Shown here piece by piece: positions 30,307-40,073 of a stretch of 64,000 nt of DNA. The position numbers and the translations under genes are program-made. The notes under the pieces are model-generated. The model saw only the letters and a program-made list of their open reading frames with translations, made no database searches and had not been told where the DNA came from. Positions within the stretch are counted from its first letter, which is position 1; every line of letters starts with the position of its first letter. The stretch comes from Sphingomicrobium sp. (lineage in GTDB: Bacteria; Pseudomonadota; Alphaproteobacteria; Sphingomonadales; Sphingomonadaceae), in assembly GCA_039931595.1 (NCBI GenBank), contig JBDTRT010000094.1:8467-72466 (forward strand). Direction: 5' to 3'.

Positions 30307-31508
30307 CATCCGACCAAAGCCCCGGCCGCCTTGAGGTCGGCAATGGTTTGCGCGCTCACCCCTGCCTTGATCAGAATGTCTTCGCCGTCCGCGCCATGGG
30401 CCGGACCGGGGTCGCCGATTTCGCCGGGCGTGGCCGAGAAGTCGGTGGGGATCGCCGGAAAGCGCATGCGCCCATCGTCGCTGTCGCGCTCGACCCAGAA
30501 GCCGGTGTCGGCGAGATGCGCATCGTCGAGCAGATCGGTCAGGCTCTTGATCGGCATCGCCGGCACCTGTGCCGCGGTCAGCACCGCCATCCACTCATCG
30601 TTGGTGCGTTGGGCAAGGACATCCGAAAGCCGCCCGAGCACCGCGCCGATATTATGCGTGCGACTGGTAATCGACTTGAACATGTCGTCGGTCGACCAGT
30701 CGGGATTGCCGATCGCGTCGAAAAACGCGCGCCAATGCTGGTCGGTATAAATCATCACCCCGAGATAGCCGTCGCGGGTGCGATAGGGCCGCCGTTCGGG
30801 CGACACCACGCGCGGATATTCGGGCGGTCCGAGCGGAGGATCGAACAGCGAACCGCACAGATGTTCGGTCAGTGCGAAGCTCGCCAGAGTCTCGAACATC
30901 GGCACTTCGATTTCCTGCCCGCCAACGCCTTTTTCACGCGCAAATAGCGCCGCGGCGATGGCATAAGCGGCGGTCAACCCAGCGACCTTGTCGGCGACCA
31001 CCGTCGCCAGATAGGCCGGCTCGCCGCCATTGAGGCGCGCTTGCAAATCGGCCAGGCCGGAGGCTGCCTGGACGATGTCGTCATACGCCGGATAATCGCG
31101 ATAGCGCCCGCCCCGCCCGAAGCCGTAGAGATTGGCGTAGATGATGTCCGGATTGGCCTCACGCAGCGCGGCATAATCGAGCCCGAGACGGCGAATTGCA
31201 CCGGCCCGCATCGAGTGGACGAAGACGTCGGCGCCGCGCGCCAGGGTCAGCAATGCGGCGCGCGCCGCCGGCTGCTTGAGGTCGAGCGCGAGGCTCCGCT
31301 TGCCGCGGTTCAGATTGATGAACATCGCGCCGCGGCCAGGGCTCGGCCCCGGCGGGAGGAAGCGCGTGGTGTCGCCGCGCGGGTCCTCGACCTTGATCAC
31401 GTCGGCCCCAAGATCGGCAAAGATCTGGGTCGCATAGGGGCCCATCAGAACGCTCGTCAGGTCGAGCACAATGACCCCGGCGAGCGGCCCCTTGCCGCGC
31501 CCGGCCAT
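30303..31508 (-). CDS. Family III CoA-transferase (CaiB/BaiF)
   Basis: GPYATQIFADLGADVIKVE, NRGKRS, AYDDIVQA. Confidence 0.92.
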   Translation of the reverse strand: MAGRGKGPLAGVIVLDLTSVLMGPYATQIFADLGADVIKVEDPRGDTTRFLPPGPSPGRGAMFINLNRGKRSLALDLKQPAARAALLTLARGADVFVHSMRAGAIRRLGLDYAALREANPDIIYANLYGFGRGGRYRDYPAYDDIVQAASGLADLQARLNGGEPAYLATVVADKVAGLTAAYAIAAALFAREKGVGGQEIEVPMFETLASFALTEHLCGSLFDPPLGPPEYPRVVSPERRPYRTRDGYLGVMIYTDQHWRAFFDAIGNPDWSTDDMFKSITSRTHNIGAVLGRLSDVLAQRTNDEWMAVLTAAQVPAMPIKSLTDLLDDAHLADTGFWVERDSDDGRMRFPAIPTDFSATPGEIGDPGPAHGADGEDILIKAGVSAQTIADLKAAGALVGC

Positions 31509-31537
31509 CAGCCTAGTCTCGCGCGCAAGGAGGGCCA

Positions 31538-32281
31538 ATGCCGACCGCCACCGACGTCCATCTGATTGCTGCGGGCAAATATCACGACATCGACTTCGCG
31601 CGGCTCGAGCTGTTGAAGCTGCTCGCCGAAGCGCCCGAGTTGAGGACCAGTGTCGCGAACAATTTTGGCGACACCGCGCGCCTTGCCGATTGCGCCTTGC
31701 TGATCACCTACACATGCGACCTGCTGCCAAGCGCGAGCGAGGTCGCGGCGCTCGAAGCGTTCCTCGAGCGCGGAGGCCGCTGGCTCGCACTCCACGGCAC
31801 CAACAGCATTTTGCGGTTCGACGAGGCCGGCAAGGTCACGACGCCCGACGAGGCGCCTGCCTTGATGGCGCTGCTGGGCACGCGCTTTATCGGGCACCCG
31901 CCGATCGCGCCGTTCAAGGTTCGCATGTCGCAAAACCACGAGCTGACCGCCGGCCTGCGCGATTTCTCGACGGTCGACGAGCTTTATTTGTGCGACGTCA
32001 CGGCCGAAATCGACGTGCTGATGAACAGCGTGTTCGACGGCGGCGAATGCCCCGATTTCGAGCGCCAGACCTTCCCGCCGCAGGACGTGCCGATCTTGTA
32101 CTTGCGCTCGGTCGGCAAAGGGGCCGTGCTGTATTGTTCGCTCGGCCACTGTCGCGGCCACTACGATCTTCGGCCGCTGAGCAATTACTGGCCGCATCCG
32201 CAGCGCTGCAGCTGGGACTATCCGATCTTCCGCGAAATACTGCGTCGCGGCATCCAATGGGGCGTCGGCGACCAAGGCTAA
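31538..32281 (+). CDS. ThuA-domain (class I glutamine amidotransferase-like) protein
   Basis: GGRWLALH, FIGHP, DELY, SLGH; RBS AAGGAGGG. Confidence 0.8.
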   Translation: MPTATDVHLIAAGKYHDIDFARLELLKLLAEAPELRTSVANNFGDTARLADCALLITYTCDLLPSASEVAALEAFLERGGRWLALHGTNSILRFDEAGKVTTPDEAPALMALLGTRFIGHPPIAPFKVRMSQNHELTAGLRDFSTVDELYLCDVTAEIDVLMNSVFDGGECPDFERQTFPPQDVPILYLRSVGKGAVLYCSLGHCRGHYDLRPLSNYWPHPQRCSWDYPIFREILRRGIQWGVGDQG

Positions 32282-32919
32282 TCCTTCGGTTGCGGCCGTA
32301 GCGCGACAATCTGCGCCTCCAGATTGTCGAGTACGGGATCGATCATCGCTTCCTCGCAGCCGTGGATCAGGCGGTTGATCGCCATGCCCTCGACCGTGTT
32401 CTGGGTCAGTGCGAGCGCCAGGTCGAATGCCTTGCGATCCTCTTGCCAGGCGGGGAACAATTGCACCGCCAGCTCATACCAGCGCTCGCGAAATTCGGCC
32501 TGCGCGGGCTCCAGTATGCGTGCCAGGCTGACATCGGTGCGCGCGGCAATCGCCAGCTCGATGAAGGCGACGAAGGCCGGGCTCAGCAACTGCTTCCAAT
32601 AGGTTCGCACCAGCGTCCGGACGTCGCTCGACGGACTGGTGACAGCGCGGCGGAACGCGCGCAGCCGGCGGTCGAGCAGTTCGGCGATGGTGGCCTGCAT
32701 CAGCGCGCCGCCATTTTCGAAATGGTGGAGCATTGCTCCGCGCGACAGGCCGGCTTCGCTGGCGACCTTGGGCGTGGTGGTTCCGGCATAGCCAAACTTG
32801 ACCAGGCAGCGGATGGTCGATTCGATTAGGCGGGCGCGGGTCTGGGCGCTTTTCAACGCTTGCTGGGTCGGCTCGACGGTCGAGCGTGTGGCGGTTACGG
32901 ACAGCGCAGTGCGCGACAT
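32278..32919 (-). CDS. TetR/AcrR family transcriptional regulator
   Basis: TRARLIESTI...GYAGTT..VASEAGLSRGAMLHHF HTH; ELAIAARTD. Confidence 0.93.
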   Translation of the reverse strand: MSRTALSVTATRSTVEPTQQALKSAQTRARLIESTIRCLVKFGYAGTTTPKVASEAGLSRGAMLHHFENGGALMQATIAELLDRRLRAFRRAVTSPSSDVRTLVRTYWKQLLSPAFVAFIELAIAARTDVSLARILEPAQAEFRERWYELAVQLFPAWQEDRKAFDLALALTQNTVEGMAINRLIHGCEEAMIDPVLDNLEAQIVALRPQPKD

Positions 32920-32943
32920 TCCAGGCCCTTTCGGCTTTGCGAA

Positions 32944-32965
32944 AAAAACAAGCATGATTGTTTTT
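32944..32965. promoter_or_regulatory. Palindromic operator, copy 1
   Basis: AAAAACAAG-CATG-ATTGTTTTT between divergent TetR and SDR genes; TTGACA follows immediately. Confidence 0.85.
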
Positions 32966-33033
32966 ACTTTGACAAGTCAAGCGAGCTGCGGGTTCAATAG
33001 GGGCCGGTGACAGTCATGGGAAGTTGATCGGCG

Positions 33034-33795
33034 ATGGGACGGGTTGAAGGAAAAGTGGCGCTGGTCACTGGCGGTGGGTCGGGCCTCGGCGCGGCCGATT
33101 GCCGACGGCTCGCCGAAGAAGGCGCCCAGGTGCTGGTTTGCGACGTCAATTTCGAGGCGGCCCAAGCGGTCGCCGCCGGAATCGGCGAGGCCGCCGCCGC
33201 ATTCGAGCATGACGTTTCGTCCGAGGCCGGGTGGAAAGCCGCCATCGCCGAGGTCGAACAGCGCTTCGGCGGACTCCACATCCTCGTCAACAATGCCGGG
33301 ATCGTGGTCGTCGCCGACCCCGAGGAGACCACGCTCGAGCAATATCGCAAGGTCCAGGCGGTGATGAACGAAGGCGTATTTCTGGGCTGCAAATACGCCA
33401 TTCCGCTGATCGCCAAATCGGGTGGCGGGTCGATCATCAACATGAGCTCGACCGCCAGCCACCTCGGTTACCCGGTGTTCTGCGCTTATTCGGCGGCCAA
33501 GGGCGCGGTGCGCGCGATGACCAAGTCGATCGCCATCCATTGCCAGCAAAAAAACTATAAGATCCGCTGCAATTCGGTTCATCCGGGTTCGATCGAAACT
33601 CCGATGGTGCAGGGCGCGATGGGCCGGCCGGGCGAGGAGCAGGACGTGCCCGAAGGCGTGCTGCCCGCGGGCGCGATCGGCCATCCGCGCGACGTTGCCA
33701 ACATGGTCCTTTACCTCGCGTCGGATGAATCGCGCTTCGTGACCGGCGCCGAGTTCCTGATCGACAACGGCCTGACTGTTACGCCAGCTGCATAA
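33034..33795 (+). CDS. SDR oxidoreductase, 3beta/17beta-hydroxysteroid-dehydrogenase-like
   Basis: TGGGSGLG, HDVSSEAGW, NNAG, YSAAK, IRCNSVHPG; by recall resembles Comamonas 3beta/17beta-HSD. Confidence 0.85.
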   Translation: MGRVEGKVALVTGGGSGLGAADCRRLAEEGAQVLVCDVNFEAAQAVAAGIGEAAAAFEHDVSSEAGWKAAIAEVEQRFGGLHILVNNAGIVVVADPEETTLEQYRKVQAVMNEGVFLGCKYAIPLIAKSGGGSIINMSSTASHLGYPVFCAYSAAKGAVRAMTKSIAIHCQQKNYKIRCNSVHPGSIETPMVQGAMGRPGEEQDVPEGVLPAGAIGHPRDVANMVLYLASDESRFVTGAEFLIDNGLTVTPAA

Positions 33796-33819
33796 AAAAC
33801 AGTCATGCATGTTTGTTTT
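33795..33819. promoter_or_regulatory. Palindromic operator, copy 2 (two CATG centres 4 bp apart)
   Basis: AAAAACAGT-CATG-CATG-TTTGTTTT upstream of the SDR-SDR-Rieske-aco operon. Confidence 0.75.
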
Positions 33820-33859
33820 CTGTTGAATGGGACGGACGTTCCGGCGTAGCAGCGCGAAC

Positions 33860-34609
33860 ATGGCAGCACGGGAAAAGAGAGCGCTGGTGCTTGGCGCGTC
33901 GAGCCCCGGCGGGCTTGGAGAAGCGGTTACGCGCCGCCTTGCTCGCGACGGTTATGAGCTGATTGTCGCTGGCCGCCGCCGCGAGCCGCTTGACGCCTTG
34001 GCCAAGGACATTGGCGCGCTGGCGCTGACTTGCGATGTGATGGACGAAGACAGCATCGCCGAGATGTTCGCCGCTGCCGGCCCGCTCGATGTAGCGGTCA
34101 ACACCGCCGGGACGACCGATGTCGGTTCGATCGCCAAGATCAAGCGCGAGCGGATAGAAGCGCAGTTCGCAATCCACGTCACCGGGAACCTGCTGTTCAT
34201 CAAGCACGCTTTGACCCAGCTCGGCCAAGGCGGGTCGATCGTCCTGTTCTCGTCGCTCACGGCGCGTGTCGCCGGCACCGGCCTGGCCGCTTATGCCGGG
34301 GCCAAGGCCGCGCTCGAGCATATCGTGCGGATCGCCGCGCTCGAGCTTGGACCGCGCGGCATTCGAGTCAACGCGGTCGCGCCGGGGTTCAGCCGCACGC
34401 CCTTGACCGAGGCCTTCCTCGCCGATCAACGCATGGCCGACATCTACAAAGCGGAAACCGCGCTCGGGCGCCTGACCGAACCCGCCGACGTCGCTTCGGC
34501 GGTTGCCTGGCTGGCAGCGCCCGACTGCTTTACCACCGGCGAGACGATCGCCGTGTCGGGCGGCGCGCATTTGCTGCGCCTGCCGACCGGCGCCGAATTG
34601 AGGGGATAG
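33860..34609 (+). CDS. SDR oxidoreductase (FabI/FabG-like)
   Basis: GASSPGGLG, YAGAK, RVNAVAPG. Confidence 0.85.
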   Translation: MAAREKRALVLGASSPGGLGEAVTRRLARDGYELIVAGRRREPLDALAKDIGALALTCDVMDEDSIAEMFAAAGPLDVAVNTAGTTDVGSIAKIKRERIEAQFAIHVTGNLLFIKHALTQLGQGGSIVLFSSLTARVAGTGLAAYAGAKAALEHIVRIAALELGPRGIRVNAVAPGFSRTPLTEAFLADQRMADIYKAETALGRLTEPADVASAVAWLAAPDCFTTGETIAVSGGAHLLRLPTGAELRG

Positions 34610-34611
34610 AC

Positions 34612-35373
34612 ATGGACCTGGGATTGGCGGGCAAGAAAGCGATCATCGTCGGCGGCGCGCGCGGCATTGGCTATGCCATCGCCGAGACACTCGCGCGCGA
34701 AGGCTGCGAGCTGGCGATCAGCGCGCGCAGCGCCGATGCGGTCAAGGATTCGGTTGCGCAGCTCAAGCGCTACGACACACGCGTGGTCGGCGGCGCGGTC
34801 GATGTGAAGAAACCCGATGTCTATCGCAAATGGCTCGCCAAGGCGGTCGAACAGCTCGAAGGCTGCGACATTCTCATCCCGATCACGTCGGCCGGTGGCG
34901 GGGTTGGCAGCGAGAAATATTGGGAAAAAGCGTTCGAGGTCGACGTGATGGGCCCGGTGCGCGCGGTCGACGTCGTCCTGCCGCACATGGCCAAGCAGCA
35001 GTCGGGCTCGATCGTGCTCCTCGCGACCACCTCGGCGGGCGAGGCGATGGGCGGCCCGCAGCCCTATAATGCGATGAAGGCGAGCCTCATCACCTGGGGT
35101 AAGCAGCTCGCCCTCGCCCATGGCAAGGACGGCATTCGAGTCAATGTCGTCTCGCCCGGCCCGATTGAATTCGGGGGCGGAAACTGGGAGATGATCAAGG
35201 ACACGATGACGAAATTCTATGACGCGACCTTGCGCCAGCAGCCGCTTGGCCGCTTCGGCCAGCCGGAGGAAATTGCCCGCTGCGTGGCCTTCATCGCGTC
35301 GCCCGCGGCGAGCTGGGTCAACGGAGCGCACCTGACCGTCGACGGCGGTTTCACCAACCGCACGCACTTTTAG
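34612..35373 (+). CDS. SDR oxidoreductase
   Basis: GGARGIG, YNAMK, VNVVSPG, VDGG. Confidence 0.87.
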   Translation: MDLGLAGKKAIIVGGARGIGYAIAETLAREGCELAISARSADAVKDSVAQLKRYDTRVVGGAVDVKKPDVYRKWLAKAVEQLEGCDILIPITSAGGGVGSEKYWEKAFEVDVMGPVRAVDVVLPHMAKQQSGSIVLLATTSAGEAMGGPQPYNAMKASLITWGKQLALAHGKDGIRVNVVSPGPIEFGGGNWEMIKDTMTKFYDATLRQQPLGRFGQPEEIARCVAFIASPAASWVNGAHLTVDGGFTNRTHF

Positions 35374-35390
35374 AGCGTCGAGGCCGACCG

Positions 35391-36722
35391 GTGGACGTCA
35401 AGCGCCAGGTGAAGATCGAGCGGGTCGCCGCCGAGGTCGCCGGCAATGGCACGCCGGTGGCGAAGGCGCCCGACCCCAAGCTCGGCTATGACCGCATCCC
35501 GGTCGATCGCTACATCAGCCGCGACTTCATGAAGCTCGAATGGGAGCATGTCTGGACCAAGGTGTGGCTGCTGGCCGGGCGCAGCGACGACATCCCCGAA
35601 CCGGGCGATTACATCTGCTCCGAAATTGGCACCGAAAGCGTGCTGATCGTCCGCCAGCCCGACGGTTCAGTCAAAGCTTTTCACAATGTCTGCCTGCACC
35701 GCGGCAATCGTCTGCGCCCGGTCGGCATCGGCCACGGCGCCGAGAACTTCCAGTGCATGTACCATCACTGGACCTACGGCCTCGACGGCGCGATCGCACA
35801 TATTCCCGACAAGTCGAGCTTCCCCCAGGGCTGCCCGCCTGGAGGCCGCATCCGGCCACTGCCCGCGGGAGAATGGGGCAGCTTCGTGTGGTTCTCGCTG
35901 AACCCCGAGGCCGAGCCGCTGCTCGACTATCTCGACCCGGTCCACGCGCATCTGTCCCCCTATCATTTCGAACGCATGCGCATGGTTCGCGACGTCACGG
36001 TCGAGTGGGATTGCAACTGGAAGACCAGCGTCGACGCGTTCAACGAAAGCTACCACGTCCAGGGCATTCATCCCCAGCTGATGTGGTACCTCGACGACGT
36101 CAATTTGCAGATCGACTGCTTTGGCAAGCACAACCGCTATCTGATCCCGTTCGGGACGATCAGCCCGCGCAAGGACCTGCCGTCACAAATCCCGCCGCCA
36201 ATCCAATACATGATGGAAAAAGCGGGGATGGACCCGGCCGAGTGGGATGGGCCGATGACCGCCATCCGCAAGGCCATTCAGCGCCACATGCGCAATCATG
36301 GCCAGGCCAAGGGCCGTGATTATTCCGAGCTCAACGACGATCAGCTGACCGACGATTACCATTATATGATTTTCCCCAACGTGACGCTCAATACCCACGC
36401 CGACGATCTCATGCTGTTCCGCCAGCGGCCCCATCCCGACGACCCCGACAAAATGTATTACGACATCTGGATGTTCGAACTTCCCGACAGCGAGAAGGAC
36501 GATCCGGACGAGGAATACCGCCGGCCCAAGCACCAGTTCTTCCGCTACGGCGACAAGTCGATCGGCCTGGTGCTCGATCAGGACGCGTTCAACCTGCCCA
36601 ACGTCCAGAAAGGCATGCATTCGTCCGGTTTCCAGGGACTGTGGCTGGGCGATCAGGAGCTGCGCATCCGCCATTTCCACAGCGTCCTCGACCAGTATCT
36701 GCAACAGGGAGGCGCGCTGTGA
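35391..36722 (+). CDS. Rieske non-heme iron oxygenase alpha subunit (1)
   Basis: CLH...CMYH Rieske ligands; DAFNESYHVQGIH and QD mononuclear-iron ligands. Confidence 0.92.
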   Translation: MDVKRQVKIERVAAEVAGNGTPVAKAPDPKLGYDRIPVDRYISRDFMKLEWEHVWTKVWLLAGRSDDIPEPGDYICSEIGTESVLIVRQPDGSVKAFHNVCLHRGNRLRPVGIGHGAENFQCMYHHWTYGLDGAIAHIPDKSSFPQGCPPGGRIRPLPAGEWGSFVWFSLNPEAEPLLDYLDPVHAHLSPYHFERMRMVRDVTVEWDCNWKTSVDAFNESYHVQGIHPQLMWYLDDVNLQIDCFGKHNRYLIPFGTISPRKDLPSQIPPPIQYMMEKAGMDPAEWDGPMTAIRKAIQRHMRNHGQAKGRDYSELNDDQLTDDYHYMIFPNVTLNTHADDLMLFRQRPHPDDPDKMYYDIWMFELPDSEKDDPDEEYRRPKHQFFRYGDKSIGLVLDQDAFNLPNVQKGMHSSGFQGLWLGDQELRIRHFHSVLDQYLQQGGAL

Positions 36723-37687
36723 CCCAGCTCGGCCGCGACACGCTTTTGGCCGCTTATCGAACGATGGCGACGATCCGTCAGTTCGAAGAGCGGCTTCACG
36801 ACGAAATCAAGACCGGCGAGATCGCCGGCTTCACCCATCTCTATGCCGGCCAGGAAGCCGCCGCGGTCGGCGTTTGCCAAAATTTGAGCAATGACGATTA
36901 CATCGTCTCGACCCACCGCGGCCACGGCCATTGCATCGCCAAGGGCTGCGACGTCAAAGGGATGATGCAGGAGATTTTCGGGCGCGCCGACGGCCTGTGC
37001 AAGGGCAAGGGCGGGTCGATGCACATCGCCGATATCTCGATCGGCATGCTCGGCGCCAACGGCATCGTCGGCGCCGGGGCACCGCTTGCGGTCGGCGCGG
37101 CGATCAGCGCCAAGCTCGATGGCAAAGGCCAGGTGTCGATCGCTTTCTCGGGCGATGGGGCATGCAACCAGGGCACGACCTTTGAAGCGATGAACTTGGC
37201 CGTCGTGCTCCAGGTCCCGGCGATCTTCGTGTTCGAGAACAACCATTATTCCGAGCATACCGGCGTTGAATATTCGGTCGGCACGGCGAAGGATATCGCC
37301 AGCCGCGCCGAAGCGTTCGGGATGAAGGCGTGGCGCGCCGATGGCTGCGATTTCTTCTCCACTTACGATGCGATGACCGAAGTGCTCGAACATGTCCGCG
37401 GCGGCGGCGGGCCGGCGGCGATCGAGCTCGATACCGAGCGCTTCTACGGCCATTTCGAAGGTGATCCGCAACGCTACCGTGGCCCTGGCGAACTCGATCG
37501 CATTCGTGACCAGCGTGACTGCCTCAAGGCGTTCCGCGCGCACGTCGGCGACCGGCTTGACCTTGCCGAACTCGACGCCATCGACGCCGAGGTGACGCAA
37601 CTGATCGAGGACGCCACCGCCGAAGCCAAGGCCGCGCCCCCGCCCACCCCCGAGCAAGTGCTCGAAGACGTCTATGTGAGCTACTGA
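36719..37687 (+). CDS. acoA: TPP-dependent acetoin-dehydrogenase-like E1 alpha
   Basis: HLYAGQEA, STHRGHGH, GKGGSMH, GDGACNQG, GHFEGDPQRYR. Confidence 0.85.
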   Translation: MTQLGRDTLLAAYRTMATIRQFEERLHDEIKTGEIAGFTHLYAGQEAAAVGVCQNLSNDDYIVSTHRGHGHCIAKGCDVKGMMQEIFGRADGLCKGKGGSMHIADISIGMLGANGIVGAGAPLAVGAAISAKLDGKGQVSIAFSGDGACNQGTTFEAMNLAVVLQVPAIFVFENNHYSEHTGVEYSVGTAKDIASRAEAFGMKAWRADGCDFFSTYDAMTEVLEHVRGGGGPAAIELDTERFYGHFEGDPQRYRGPGELDRIRDQRDCLKAFRAHVGDRLDLAELDAIDAEVTQLIEDATAEAKAAPPPTPEQVLEDVYVSY

Positions 37688-38700
37688 TGACGGTGATGTC
37701 GATCCGCGACGCAATCAATCGCACCATCTTCGAAGAGATGGAGCGCGACGAAAACGTGATTGCGCTGGGCGAGGACATTGTCGGCGGTATGGGCACCGCC
37801 GGCGGAGCCGAGGCGATCGGCGGTATCTGGGGCACGACCGGCGGGCTCTACGCCAAATTCGGTCCCGGCCGCGTGCTCGACACGCCGATCAGCGAAAGCG
37901 CGATCGTCGGCGCCGCGGCCGGCGCGGCACTCGCCGGCAAGCGCCCGATCGCCGAGCTGATGTTCGCCGATTTCGTCGGCGTCAGCCTCGATCAGATCTG
38001 GAACCAAATGGCCAAGTTCCGCTACATGTTCGGCGGCAAGACCAAATGCCCGGCAGTGCTCCGCCTGATCTACGGCGCGGGGATGAATGCCGCCGCGCAG
38101 CACAGCCAGTCGGTCTATGCGATGATGACCTCGATGCCCGGGCTCAAGATTGTGCTGCCGGCCACGCCCGCCGACGCCAAGGGCCTGTTGACCGAAGCGA
38201 TCCGCGGCGACGACCCGGTTCTGTTTTTCGAACATAAGGCGATGTACGGCCTCAAGGGCGAAGTGCCCGATGGCGAGCATCGCGTGCCGTTCGGCCACGC
38301 CCGGCTGACCCGCGAAGGCGGCGACGTGACGATCGTCACCTGCGGCCGAATGGTCGGTTTCTCGGAGAAAGCGGCCGACAAGCTCGCCGCCGATGGCATT
38401 GGCTGCGACGTCATCGACCTGCGCACCACCAGCCCGATGGACGAGGAAGCGATTCTTGACAGCGTCGAGCAAACCGGACGGCTGATCGTGGTCGACGAAA
38501 GCCCGCCGCGCTGCAGCCTGGCCACCGACATCGCCGCTCTGGTCGCGCACAAGGCGTTTGGCGCATTGAAGGCGCCGCCCGAGATGGTCACCGCGCCGCA
38601 CACGCCAATTCCGTTCGCGCGCGAGCTCGAACGCGCGTGGCTGCCGTCACCCGGCAAGATCGAGGAGGCGGTGCGCAAGGCGCTCGCCTTCCGGAGCTAG
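37687..38700 (+). CDS. acoB: TPP-dependent acetoin-dehydrogenase-like E1 beta
   Basis: DTPISE, AELMFADF, KFRYMFGGK, AAQHSQ. Confidence 0.85.
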   Translation: MTVMSIRDAINRTIFEEMERDENVIALGEDIVGGMGTAGGAEAIGGIWGTTGGLYAKFGPGRVLDTPISESAIVGAAAGAALAGKRPIAELMFADFVGVSLDQIWNQMAKFRYMFGGKTKCPAVLRLIYGAGMNAAAQHSQSVYAMMTSMPGLKIVLPATPADAKGLLTEAIRGDDPVLFFEHKAMYGLKGEVPDGEHRVPFGHARLTREGGDVTIVTCGRMVGFSEKAADKLAADGIGCDVIDLRTTSPMDEEAILDSVEQTGRLIVVDESPPRCSLATDIAALVAHKAFGALKAPPEMVTAPHTPIPFARELERAWLPSPGKIEEAVRKALAFRS

Positions 38701-38702
38701 CG

Positions 38703-40073
38703 ATGCCCCTCAAGGCCTTCACCATGCCCAAATGGGGCATCGAAATGTCCGAGGGCATGATCGGCGAATGGATGGCCGCGGAAGGCTCGCCCTTCGCACG
38801 CGGCCAGGTGCTGGCGCTGATCGAAACCGACAAGATCACCAACGAAGTCGAAGCCGAGGCCGACGGCAAGTTCGTTCGCATCCTCGCCCAGCAGGGCGAG
38901 ACCCTGCCGGTCGGGGCACTGCTCGCGGTCTATGGCGACGATGAACCGGCGGCTGAGGTGGACGCGTTCGTCGCGGCATTCCGGCCGGCCAATTCAGGGC
39001 TGGCGGCGGCCGATACCGAAGACATGATCGCCGAAGCCGCAGCGGAAACCGCAGTGCCGCCCGAGCCGGCGCCGATGCCGACTCCAGTCGTTCCCGAATC
39101 CCTGGCGATCAGCCCCGCGGCGCGCGCGCGCGCCGAGGAAGCCAAGTTCGATGTCGCGACGCTGGCCGGAAGTGGTCGGGGCGGCCGGATCATGTTGCAG
39201 GATGTCGAACAAGCCCTGCGCCCGGCGGCCATGCCAAAGCTCAAGGGCGCCTACCCCGCCACTCCGCAGACGGGGCACTTCGCTTCGCCGATGGCGCGGC
39301 GGCTGGCGGCGCGCCACGGGGTCGATCTCGGCGGATTGTCGGGCACTGGTCCGCGCGGCCGGATCTGCCGGGAAGACGTGCTCGCCGCCGCCGGCGGCGC
39401 CGTCCAAAGCGGCGAGATCGAGATCATTGCGATGTCGGCGATGCGCAAGGCGATTGCGCGGCGGCTGACCGAGGCCAAGCAGACCATCCCGCATTTCTAT
39501 CTGCGCCGGCGGGTCCGCGCCGATCGACTGCTTGCCGCGCGCAATGCCGCGGGGAAAGTCGCCAGCGTCAACGATTATCTGGTGCGCGCCGCCGCGCTCG
39601 CCCTGCGCAAGGTGCCGGCAGTCAACATCCAGGTCCACGGAACCGACATCCATCGCCTGCCCAATGCCGATATCGCGATTGCCGTGGCGACCGACAGAGG
39701 GTTGCTGACGCCGATCCTTCGAGCAGCCGAAACCCTGTCGCTCGAGCAGATCGCGGCCGCCACCGCCGATCTCGCCAACCGGGCGCGAGGGTCGAAGCTC
39801 AAGCAAGAGGAAATCGACGGCGGCAGCTTTTCGATCAGCAACCTTGGTCCGTTCGGGATCGAGCAGTTCGACGCGATCATCAACCCGCCGCAGGGCGCGA
39901 TCCTGGCGGTCGGCGCAGCGCGGCCCGAGCCGATCGACGACGATGGCGCACTCCGCATCGTGCCGGTCCTGCATTTGTCGCTGAGCTGCGACCATCGCGC
40001 GATCGACGGCGCCGACGGCGCCCGGTTCCTTGCCGCACTCGCCGCGCTGATCGAGCAGCCGGAGCGGCTATGA
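38703..40073 (+). CDS. acoC: Dihydrolipoamide acyltransferase E2 (one lipoyl domain, two subunit-binding domains)
   Basis: MPKWG, ETDKIT lipoyl Lys, ISPAAR...GSGRGGRI and ASPMAR...GTGPRGRI, DHRAIDG. Confidence 0.85.
   Translation: MPLKAFTMPKWGIEMSEGMIGEWMAAEGSPFARGQVLALIETDKITNEVEAEADGKFVRILAQQGETLPVGALLAVYGDDEPAAEVDAFVAAFRPANSGLAAADTEDMIAEAAAETAVPPEPAPMPTPVVPESLAISPAARARAEEAKFDVATLAGSGRGGRIMLQDVEQALRPAAMPKLKGAYPATPQTGHFASPMARRLAARHGVDLGGLSGTGPRGRICREDVLAAAGGAVQSGEIEIIAMSAMRKAIARRLTEAKQTIPHFYLRRRVRADRLLAARNAAGKVASVNDYLVRAAALALRKVPAVNIQVHGTDIHRLPNADIAIAVATDRGLLTPILRAAETLSLEQIAAATADLANRARGSKLKQEEIDGGSFSISNLGPFGIEQFDAIINPPQGAILAVGAARPEPIDDDGALRIVPVLHLSLSCDHRAIDGADGARFLAALAALIEQPERL

Noticed and set aside
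29945-32281. Invertase-type inverted repeats around the antisense DUF35 and ThuA genes
   Set aside because: Only 5-7 bp partial matches (e.g. TCAGCCTAG versus TTAGCCTTG), expected by chance; no recombinase nearby.
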